From a virus (taxonomy: Duplodnaviria; Caudoviricetes), in the IMG/VR virus record IMGVR_UViG_3300020169_001518, positions 1 to 57,709 of that record: 57,709 nt of DNA; one strand, written 5' to 3'. The first letter of the stretch is position 1, and every line of letters begins with the position of its first letter. Below, piece after piece: positions 48,285 through 55,973 of this stretch. Position numbers and translations under genes: made by a program. The notes beneath the pieces are model-generated. The model was not told the DNA's origin, ran no database searches, and saw nothing but the letters and a program-made list of their open reading frames with translations.

Positions 48285-48470
48285 TTATTTTATTAATTTT
48301 TGCCAGGTATTTTGCGTATAGGCTAACGCTTTATTGATTCTACATTTTACGTATAGGACAACATACGAAAAAATTGTTGTTATTCCAAATCCTCCTACAA
48401 GAAGAGTCCAAAGATTTGGATGCCAATGTTCTCCGCAAAATCCAAGTGCATGCTTAATTATTTCTGCCAT
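48285..48470 (-). CDS. small membrane protein
   Basis: HALGFCGEHWHP followed by a TM helix. Confidence 0.55.
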   Translation of the reverse strand: MAEIIKHALGFCGEHWHPNLWTLLVGGFGITTIFSYVVLYVKCRINKALAYTQNTWQKLIK

Positions 48471-49269
48471 AGTTATCTATTTTATCATAATTATTAATTT
48501 CTCTAAAAACTGTCGTGTTATGTATAACACTTAGGTAATCTACTTTTTTAAACTCAATATCATAAAAATCATTCATATTAGCTTTTGGTTTTAATGTTAA
48601 ACCATTTTCATTATATAACTTATCTTCTAATGCAGCCATTACTGGATTTGAGGTATCAATTGATTCTATCCTAGGATTATTATCATACCATCCAAATTCT
48701 TGAGGTATTGAACACCCTAATAAATGGAAATTAATATATTTTAGCTGGTCTAATTTTAATAAACCTTGTACAAATCTTACCCTACCTAATGCTTTTCCCA
48801 TATCTTCATTACTATGTGGAAAAAAATCATTATACCAAGTAGCACCATAGGATACACATAATTTTTCGTAACCTAAACCTTGTAATAGACTAGCACATAA
48901 ATATGCTTGATTTTTATTTTCACCTTGAATTACAGCGGTTAATTTTGTTTTTTTAGGGTATTTAAATTGTTTCCAATACTTAGCTTGAGCAGCTGTTTGA
49001 GCACAATTCATCCAAACATCTGGAACTATAAATTCATTTGGTTCTAATTCTGTAATCCAATGTAATAGTCTTTTACTATTATATGCTTTTCCTAATTCAT
49101 GAAGTGAATTATCCATAATTACATATCTACCTTTATCTCTAGCACTAATAAAATATTGTTTATATTCCTCATCTTGGTCTAATAAATGAGGTAAACAATA
49201 GTCATAATCATTAAATTCAGATGATGCTGTTAAAAGACATCTAGGTACTTCGTGTGATATTTTAGGCAT
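48454..49269 (-). CDS. TGT-fold protein, probable DpdA-family deazaguanine transglycosylase
   Basis: IMDNS, VPDV, VIQG, HLLG, SIDTS appear in the order of the TGT catalytic/substrate motifs; near queC; start moved to MPKISH. Confidence 0.75.
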   Translation of the reverse strand: MPKISHEVPRCLLTASSEFNDYDYCLPHLLDQDEEYKQYFISARDKGRYVIMDNSLHELGKAYNSKRLLHWITELEPNEFIVPDVWMNCAQTAAQAKYWKQFKYPKKTKLTAVIQGENKNQAYLCASLLQGLGYEKLCVSYGATWYNDFFPHSNEDMGKALGRVRFVQGLLKLDQLKYINFHLLGCSIPQEFGWYDNNPRIESIDTSNPVMAALEDKLYNENGLTLKPKANMNDFYDIEFKKVDYLSVIHNTTVFREINNYDKIDNYGRNN

Positions 49270-49762
49270 ATTTTTTTGGGCGTCCTCTACGAGAGACTTT
49301 AATTTGTTCTTGGTATTTATCTTCAATAATATAATAAAGATCTATTATTTCTCCACTACATTTTAAACATTCTTCTACAACTTGTTCTTTTGTAATATTA
49401 AAATGTTTAACAAAATGTGTATATAAATTTTCTAATCTATCTGTTTCATCCTTTTCATAATCTTCCCACAATCTTTTTCTACGTGCTTTGAGAACTGCCC
49501 CCTTTTCATTATATTTTTGTATATCACCCTCAACTTCAATGGTTAATTCATTCAACATATGTTCACATAAATATGCTTGCCAACCATAACATGAAGAATC
49601 AAAATCACCATTGAATATTTTTTCACGAAAATCAGCTTTATAACCTAATGGTTTATTTTTAGCTTCATACCAACGCCACCATCTAAACCTATTATAATTT
49701 AATTGTTGATAGTTTTTTAGTTGTTTTTCTATAAACTTTTTTTTATGTGGAATGTCAAACAT
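49262..49762 (-). CDS. hypothetical protein
   Basis: ORF ending RRGRPKK. Confidence 0.7.
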   Translation of the reverse strand: MFDIPHKKKFIEKQLKNYQQLNYNRFRWWRWYEAKNKPLGYKADFREKIFNGDFDSSCYGWQAYLCEHMLNELTIEVEGDIQKYNEKGAVLKARRKRLWEDYEKDETDRLENLYTHFVKHFNITKEQVVEECLKCSGEIIDLYYIIEDKYQEQIKVSRRGRPKKYA

Positions 49763-49875
49763 TAATAAAAAATCCAGATTGAAACATAAAACAATAATGA
49801 CATCACTCCCATGAATACTACATTTCCTATAAATTCTAATGGGTTTTCTCTAAAGTATTTAATAAATTCTTTCAT
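49762..49875 (-). CDS. small membrane protein (37 aa)
   Basis: Hand-translated; follows promoter and AAAATAAAGGTCATG leader; TAATG coupling. Confidence 0.55.
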   Translation of the reverse strand: MKEFIKYFRENPLEFIGNVVFMGVMSLLFYVSIWIFY

Positions 49876-49897
49876 GACCTTTATTTTTAATTACCCG

Positions 49898-49929
49898 TGA
49901 ATATACGACTTCTTATTCAGGTAGCCAAA
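49898..49929 (-). promoter_or_regulatory. promoter (repeat cassette) heading the dpdA/que cluster
   Basis: TTTG-N20-TATATTCA followed by CGG. Confidence 0.7.
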
Positions 49930-50127
49930 CTATCCACGAGAGTTTTCACGATAATCTAAAAAGAATCCAATAGCTACTATTAAATTCATTCCAATAGACG
50001 CTCCAATTTCTATTAAATCATGAAAGTTATGTATTGATAAATGAATATGTCCTACAACCCAAAAAGGTATTGCTAGGTTTTGGCTAATCCAAATTATAAG
50101 AAATTTAGTAAACTTTACCATCTTCAT
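49930..50127 (-). CDS. small two-TM membrane protein
   Basis: Start moved to MKMVKF. Confidence 0.55.
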   Translation of the reverse strand: MKMVKFTKFLIIWISQNLAIPFWVVGHIHLSIHNFHDLIEIGASIGMNLIVAIGFFLDYRENSRG

Positions 50128-50698
50128 TGAAAAAAAACGTTTGGTGTAATCTACAATATTCAGGACCACTTCCAAAATATTGTACAGCAGCATGGAAATA
50201 ATCAGCATCATAAATTATTGCTCTGTTATAAATGTTTGCTACGTAATCTAATTGTTCCCAACAGGTAAAATCTTGACCATCATTTTCAATTTCTTTAAAC
50301 CTTGGCATATCAAGACTTCCATCACTAAGTAATGGTGGTTTTGTTAATCCTGTTCTCTTATGTTTATAAGTTGCTGTTCCTGATTCAGGTGGAGCATTAG
50401 GTGTTAAATATATTACACAAGCGTATGTTGTATAATTATCTGAATGTACCCAACATTTATCTAAAGCTGTACATAAGTTAAAACACCCATTATAATTTTC
50501 CATATCCATAAAATGTTTTTTATCGATTTTGGTATTTAATGAATGTTCAAAAGCCTTTAATACTGATATGTCTTTTACAGAATCTGTTCTTTTTCCAGGA
50601 TGATTTCCTTTTTTATCGTACCACTCCATATTTAAAGCTTGATTTCTAACAAAGTCTGGGTCTGTATAAAAATCGTCTAATACTAATAAACTTGTCAT
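50105..50698 (-). CDS. 2OG-Fe(II) oxygenase-like (DUF6445-type)
   Basis: LDDFYTDPD.VR, HSD, IYLTP, NIYNRAIIYD...H, RL.Q.FFF; paralog of 37982-38656. Confidence 0.8.
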   Translation of the reverse strand: MTSLLVLDDFYTDPDFVRNQALNMEWYDKKGNHPGKRTDSVKDISVLKAFEHSLNTKIDKKHFMDMENYNGCFNLCTALDKCWVHSDNYTTYACVIYLTPNAPPESGTATYKHKRTGLTKPPLLSDGSLDMPRFKEIENDGQDFTCWEQLDYVANIYNRAIIYDADYFHAAVQYFGSGPEYCRLHQTFFFNEDGKVY

Positions 50699-50700
50699 AA

Positions 50701-51867
50701 CTATTTTATAATTTGTCTTAATTTTTGAATTTCTGCTTCTATTTTAAGTCTTCTTTCTTCTTGACCAATATAATTACCTTGTTTTGTTTTAGGTAAACTA
50801 TTAAGTTCTTCTTGTAAAGACTCTAATTTTTTATTTAATCTATATTCTTCATAATGCTCTCCATCATTACCATTTTGACCTATAATATTCATTCTTTTTT
50901 CAGCTTCATCTTCCCAATCGGTGTATTTTGCTTGGACTTCAAGACTAGCACTTTCAGCTTCTTCCCAATTATCATTTCTACCGAATAATTCTGTATTAAT
51001 GTCTTCTTCCGTAATTTCTATTTTTTCTTCATATAAATTTTTTCTATATTTTTTTCTAGGATAAGCTTTGTCAAAAGCAAAATTAGCAGCTACAACTAAA
51101 GATATAGCTAAAGGATCAAATACAAAAATTATAATAAGTAATAATATATTAATGATTTTATCCATAGGATAACCGGTCAAACCCGATAGATACTGCAGGG
51201 GTCCTAATTCTCCAGCGACCTCGTTGTTATTATCAAGCTTCAGTACTTCTAACTGAAACTTTTGAAGACTATCTGATGCTATTTCTCTTTTTACTTGTAC
51301 ATCTTTACGATTCTCTTCTTCAACTTCGATACGTTTTGCAGCCATCCTAAGTTCGGTAGTAGAGATTGTTGTTCTAATGCCCCCAACCACCGAGGTGTCT
51401 CGTACTTGGATCGACGAAGCTCTGGCATTTGATAGAGTACTAATATTATTAGATATTCTTTTAATTTCGTCATTATACCTGTTAACATCATTTTCATAAA
51501 ATTCTATTTTTTGTTGTATAAACCCTTTTTGATTTTCTACCATAGATAGTTTAGCATAGGTATCTTGGTAAGCAGCACTTAAAAATCCATAAATACCCAT
51601 ACTAGTAATTAATACTAGTACAGTAGTTGCTATAACTAAATAAGTTCTTAATGCTTTATTAATAGAATCCCAATACTGGTATAATAATGAAGCCGTAACT
51701 AATTTTGCAAATTCTAATGAACCTGCCATTATAATAACTTGAAATTGTGCTCCTGCAAATAATTTGCTTAACCCATAAACTGAATAGAATGCTGCCGATG
51801 CACTTACTGATAATGCAGAAAATGCAATAAGAAAAGGGAACATTCCTTTTTTAATATTTTGTAACAT
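50701..51867 (-). CDS. multi-pass membrane protein with coiled coil
   Basis: Three N-terminal TMs, a coiled coil, then TM with FVFDPLA; start moved to MLQNIK. Confidence 0.75.
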   Translation of the reverse strand: MLQNIKKGMFPFLIAFSALSVSASAAFYSVYGLSKLFAGAQFQVIIMAGSLEFAKLVTASLLYQYWDSINKALRTYLVIATTVLVLITSMGIYGFLSAAYQDTYAKLSMVENQKGFIQQKIEFYENDVNRYNDEIKRISNNISTLSNARASSIQVRDTSVVGGIRTTISTTELRMAAKRIEVEEENRKDVQVKREIASDSLQKFQLEVLKLDNNNEVAGELGPLQYLSGLTGYPMDKIINILLLIIIFVFDPLAISLVVAANFAFDKAYPRKKYRKNLYEEKIEITEEDINTELFGRNDNWEEAESASLEVQAKYTDWEDEAEKRMNIIGQNGNDGEHYEEYRLNKKLESLQEELNSLPKTKQGNYIGQEERRLKIEAEIQKLRQIIK

Positions 51868-51877
51868 AGTTTGATTT

Positions 51878-52351
51878 TTATACTGTGTCGTAGTCAATAT
51901 ACGAAATTTCTACCTCGTCTCCACGCTCAAGTGCTTCAGCTATGGGAGAATAGATTCTTTTATAAGCATCTACTGAGGCCCCTATAAAACCACTTTTTGA
52001 TTTAGTAACATTTTGTTGTTGTGTGTCTCCTACTAACAAACACCCAGAAGTATGTTCATCTGTATTACCAGTATGAATTAAAATGTACTCAAATCCAGGT
52101 ACATCTTGTACATGGAGCATACCTTTATGCATAGAGCCATATTTAGCTGCGTATTTACTATGAAAACCACCTACTTTTCTTAATTTAATTTTATAGTTAC
52201 CCTCAGGTATCCTAGTTTCATGTTTTACTTTTTCATTTCTATGTTCATCTTCTAAAGTATAACATAAAAATTTTCTTTCTGCTGTTGTATCAAATAATAA
52301 TCCATTTGTACTATCTTTTTGTGAGCTTACTCTTAATACTTCTAGTTTCAT
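51878..52351 (-). CDS. DUF5675-family protein (L,D-transpeptidase-like fold, candidate peptidoglycan peptidase)
   Basis: CYTLED, IPEG.Y, ILIHTGN....TSGCLLVG; start moved to MKLEV. Confidence 0.75.
   Translation of the reverse strand: MKLEVLRVSSQKDSTNGLLFDTTAERKFLCYTLEDEHRNEKVKHETRIPEGNYKIKLRKVGGFHSKYAAKYGSMHKGMLHVQDVPGFEYILIHTGNTDEHTSGCLLVGDTQQQNVTKSKSGFIGASVDAYKRIYSPIAEALERGDEVEISYIDYDTV
51894..51925 (-). promoter_or_regulatory. internal Bacteroidota-type promoter
   Basis: CGTG-N20-TATATTGA. Confidence 0.45.
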
Positions 52352-52417
52352 TTTTTCATGTGTTTTGTTAAATTTGGATACATATCGTAAAATGCATTTG
52401 AAATCCATTTTTCTATT

Positions 52418-52750
52418 TTATTTATTACTTTTCGCATTTTCTATTTCTAATATTTTAACTGTTTTTTTCAATTCTTTAACTTCTTCTTGCAAGTATTCTA
52501 TTCTTAAATCTTGTTTAGCATCATCAGGCAAGGCACCCATTTCACCTCTAGGCCATTTTACCCTAAATTCATGATTTAATTCAACATCATCTTGCATTCT
52601 AACTACGTCTAATTGTAGTTGAGCTATTTCACCTTGTAAGGTAAACCATACACCCGCAATTGAGACTACACCAACAACCATACCTATTAAGGCTTTAACA
52701 TCTAAACTTACTTTAGATTCTTCATTTAGTTCTATTTTTTTTTCTTCCAT
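52418..52750 (-). CDS. single-TM coiled-coil membrane protein
   Basis: TM ending AGVWFTLQ; paralog of 53811-54092; start moved to MEEKK. Confidence 0.7.
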   Translation of the reverse strand: MEEKKIELNEESKVSLDVKALIGMVVGVVSIAGVWFTLQGEIAQLQLDVVRMQDDVELNHEFRVKWPRGEMGALPDDAKQDLRIEYLQEEVKELKKTVKILEIENAKSNK

Positions 52751-52768
52751 TATTGATATAATTATAAA

Positions 52769-52792
52769 TTCCCGCACCTTTCGGTACGGGAA
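52769..52792 (-). terminator. GAAA-tetraloop hairpin, probable terminator
   Basis: TTCCCGTACC-GAAA-GGTGCGGGAA followed by TTTAT. Confidence 0.6.
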
Positions 52793-52810
52793 TAAATATT
52801 GAACACCCCC

Positions 52811-53041
52811 TTATTTTTTAACTATGTGATATAAAATGAAAGCGCCTACTAATCCTAGTAGTCCTTCCGCGTTAAGTGACCCTAAAATTTCCATGATATT
52901 ACCTACCACAGATACTTCTGGCCAAAAAGGGATTCCTGCTCCATTGAATAGTACTTCTAGTACTACCCCTAAAGCGATTACAGACACACCTATGTGAGTC
53001 AGTTTGTCAGCCCAAGAGCCGACCTTGTTTAGAATTTCCAT
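52811..53041 (-). CDS. small two-TM membrane protein (holin-like topology)
   Basis: Two hydrophobic helices and a basic C-terminus; start moved to MEILNK. Confidence 0.65.
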   Translation of the reverse strand: MEILNKVGSWADKLTHIGVSVIALGVVLEVLFNGAGIPFWPEVSVVGNIMEILGSLNAEGLLGLVGAFILYHIVKK

Positions 53042-53078
53042 AAAATTGGGTTTTAAGTTAAACAAATGTAACTAGCAA

Positions 53079-53318
53079 CTAATTGTCTTCGTTTTTTTTC
53101 TTACCGAAGATTTTGCCTACCTCAGCGATTCCGAATGAACCGAGGGTTATGATTACAAAGGAATTATAAATGTAATCTTGTATTTGAAGTTCTTTGCCAT
53201 ATACACCAGTAACAATATCTACTACTGCAAAAATGACCATTACCATAAAGGATAAAAATCCTACTACGTTTTTTTCGTTAATGTCGTTATTGTCTTTAAA
53301 CAAATCTTTAAATGCCAT
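53079..53318 (-). CDS. small two-TM membrane protein (holin-like topology)
   Basis: Two TMs and a charged tail. Confidence 0.7.
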   Translation of the reverse strand: MAFKDLFKDNNDINEKNVVGFLSFMVMVIFAVVDIVTGVYGKELQIQDYIYNSFVIITLGSFGIAEVGKIFGKKKNEDN

Positions 53319-53382
53319 ACTTTTAGTTTTTAAAAATTAGTAAAACTATTAATGGAACCTTATTATGTTGTGATGATAAATA

Positions 53383-53805
53383 TTAAAATCTATTAGAATT
53401 TTGAATTTCTTCAATTGCTTCATTTACTTCTTCCACACTTACAGGAAATTCTAGATCTAATCCTGCTTTAAATTTTACTAAATTATCTCGAGTTATTATA
53501 AACATGGTGGGAGCCATTCTAACTCTATATTTTTTCTTAGCTATTGGAGCTTTTGCAATGTCTACTCTATAATATTCTATATCATCTCTATCAGCTAATT
53601 CTTTCCAATTAGAGTAACAATTTATTTCATTAAATTTAGCCCAATATTCAACTACTATTACTTTATCATCGTCATCACCAAAGGCTGAATTGCCATTTAT
53701 AATTTCTTCGTAATTTGAATCATCTAACCAATACTTTTCCGGAACTTCCTGTTGTCCTAAAAGGAGAGAGGGTATTGCTATTAATAATAATAGTAGTTTT
53801 TTCAT
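53383..53805 (-). CDS. exported thioredoxin-fold protein lacking CxxC
   Basis: Signal peptide; VVEYWAKFN at the WCxxC position; VDI, APT. Confidence 0.65.
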   Translation of the reverse strand: MKKLLLLLIAIPSLLLGQQEVPEKYWLDDSNYEEIINGNSAFGDDDDKVIVVEYWAKFNEINCYSNWKELADRDDIEYYRVDIAKAPIAKKKYRVRMAPTMFIITRDNLVKFKAGLDLEFPVSVEEVNEAIEEIQNSNRF

Positions 53806-53810
53806 AGTTA

Positions 53811-54092
53811 TTACTTTTTAGACATCTCGTACATACGTTCTTCTAGCTTATCTAATTTATCTAGAATCATTTCAACGTCTTCTTGAGTGTCCATTATTGT
53901 CTGTCGAACCAACTCATCTTTTAAGTCATATTCTACCCTTTCAATAACTGGTTCAGGTTGGGTTGCAGCATAAGCTATGTCTGCTTGTAATGTGAACCAC
54001 ATACCTGCTATAGTAACAACAAATGCCACTATCATTCCTATTGTTTTTAAGTCTAAAGTTACTTTAGTATCCTCCCCTATTTGTTGTGCCAT
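53811..54092 (-). CDS. single-TM coiled-coil membrane protein
   Basis: TM ending AGMWFTLQ. Confidence 0.7.
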   Translation of the reverse strand: MAQQIGEDTKVTLDLKTIGMIVAFVVTIAGMWFTLQADIAYAATQPEPVIERVEYDLKDELVRQTIMDTQEDVEMILDKLDKLEERMYEMSKK

Positions 54093-54098
54093 GTTTTT

Positions 54099-54671
54099 TT
54101 AATCTAATAAATATCCGTAAGGTGTTGATGTTACATCTTGCCCTATTGGAAAGTTTTCTAATCTCATTGATAATGTCATAGTTCTATTAATATAAGGGTT
54201 ATAAAATTCACCCTCAGCAGTTAAACAAATTAATAAAGGGTCATAAAAATCCTCTTCAGAGGGTTCAATGATTTCTCCTACTATTACTTCGTTCCAAACT
54301 ATATATTCATCGTTGCCAGGTATTTCTACTCCAGCATACTTGTTATTGGGATTTTCCCAAGTGTAAGTACCTACATCTAATAATAAACCATTATCTACTG
54401 CGTCTGAATCTAATAAGTACATTGCAAAGTGTTGTCTATCTGCTCTTGGTTCTCCATCATCTATTTGAAGATATAGGATAAATATTTTTCTTAGTTTACC
54501 ATCAACCCATTGTGTTCCACCATATGAATTTACCAAAGAGTATCTTTCGTATGGGTCAAATGAATCACCATCTAATGCAATTTCAAATAATAGTTGTCTT
54601 TCTTCTACTACATCATCTTTAGAACAACTAAAGAAAAGTATAAGCGTTAAAAATAATATTAATTTTTTCAT
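54099..54671 (-). CDS. lipoprotein
   Basis: MKK-hydrophobic-FFSC followed by SKDD, resembling a Bacteroidota lipoprotein export signal. Confidence 0.75.
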   Translation of the reverse strand: MKKLILFLTLILFFSCSKDDVVEERQLLFEIALDGDSFDPYERYSLVNSYGGTQWVDGKLRKIFILYLQIDDGEPRADRQHFAMYLLDSDAVDNGLLLDVGTYTWENPNNKYAGVEIPGNDEYIVWNEVIVGEIIEPSEEDFYDPLLICLTAEGEFYNPYINRTMTLSMRLENFPIGQDVTSTPYGYLLD

Positions 54672-54673
54672 TT

Positions 54674-55918
54674 TTATTTAAATGTATAATTTAATCCAAA
54701 TGTGGATTGGAATAATTTACTATCCCACATTTTGCTATATTCTCCTTCTATAAATACTCCTAAATTTTTATTAAGTTTCCAACCCATATTAATACCAGCT
54801 GAATAGTCATCCCATTGTTTATCTGCTAATAAATTATTATGTCCTCCTTTACCCCAACTTTCTCTTTGTAGGTAAGAAAAATCTACATTTCCTGAAATAT
54901 ATGAATGATATGGAAGAATATAATTTCCGTATGCGTGTAACCAAAAATTATTTTTATAATGGTAATAATCAAAACCTACAATAGGAGCAATTTCAGCAAA
55001 ATCATCTAATTCATTCCATCTTTCTTGATTATATCTATTCATTAAATCAGTAAATACATTTTCTCTAAAATCAATGTCAGAATATGCTACTATTTCTCCA
55101 GCTTCATTCTTCCAAATCCAATCTTGACTTTCAGCTCCAGTATTAACATCTGTATAAGTTGTAAAGTGATCTGTATAACCATATTCAAATCCTAAAGTGT
55201 ACCAAGGATTTGCTGGGTATTCAAATTCTTCTCCAGTGTCAGGGTTTGTGTATGATGTAGTTTCGTTTAACCATATTTCTATTGGGTTGTATCCATATGC
55301 TCTTTCATGTGTTCTATAAATAGCACCTGCTGATATTGAGAATTTTTTACCAATAGGTAACCTAGCTCTAACTTCACCTGAGACATATTCTAAATTAATT
55401 TTATCAACTTCTCTAGATTCTGCTTTTACTATATGGTATTTACCTGTGTGTTTAATAAATAACCTGTGATTTTGAAAATCTTCACCTCTCCATCTTTCAT
55501 TTTCAAAGTGGATTTGATATTCTAGCCCTTTAAAGGCTGATGTTGGGGCTGAAAATGCTAATTGTTCTTCAGTACCATCATAAAAGTTTTTAGGTTTTCT
55601 TTCGTAGTTAAATCTTGCTAGTTTTCTAATACCAATCCCTATTCTATAATCAAAGGGATATTCAGGTGTATTATCTACAACTACAGGGATATCATATAGA
55701 CCATCTCCATCTCCTGTTCTAACAAAGTATGTATTTTCTTTTGCTTCAATAGAATTTGAGATATCACCTGCTCCATATACGGTTCCATACTTTAAAAAGT
55801 CATCATAAAGGCCTTTAAAAAAGTTCCCTTCTTTTTTAAGGGGAGATTTTAAGATTTCTTGACTTTGTAAATCCGGGGTGAATAAAATAAACGCAACAAT
55901 TAATATTATTATTCTCAT
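54674..55918 (-). CDS. exported protein, probable outer-membrane beta-barrel
   Basis: Signal peptide, aromatic-rich amphipathic strands, C-terminal FGLNYTFK. Confidence 0.65.
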   Translation of the reverse strand: MRIIILIVAFILFTPDLQSQEILKSPLKKEGNFFKGLYDDFLKYGTVYGAGDISNSIEAKENTYFVRTGDGDGLYDIPVVVDNTPEYPFDYRIGIGIRKLARFNYERKPKNFYDGTEEQLAFSAPTSAFKGLEYQIHFENERWRGEDFQNHRLFIKHTGKYHIVKAESREVDKINLEYVSGEVRARLPIGKKFSISAGAIYRTHERAYGYNPIEIWLNETTSYTNPDTGEEFEYPANPWYTLGFEYGYTDHFTTYTDVNTGAESQDWIWKNEAGEIVAYSDIDFRENVFTDLMNRYNQERWNELDDFAEIAPIVGFDYYHYKNNFWLHAYGNYILPYHSYISGNVDFSYLQRESWGKGGHNNLLADKQWDDYSAGINMGWKLNKNLGVFIEGEYSKMWDSKLFQSTFGLNYTFK

Positions 55919-55973
55919 ATTATTAATGTTTTACTATTTGACAATAAATATGAGAAAAAAAAGTTAAAATGCA

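Noticed and set aside
1524-52574. Plus-strand ORFs from the track (e.g. 1524-1901, 2132-2410, 28345-28650, 40394-40792, 41330-41659)
   Set aside because: Almost all are antisense shadows of well-supported minus-strand genes, Ser/Leu/Ile-rich with no motifs, and no plus-strand promoters were seen
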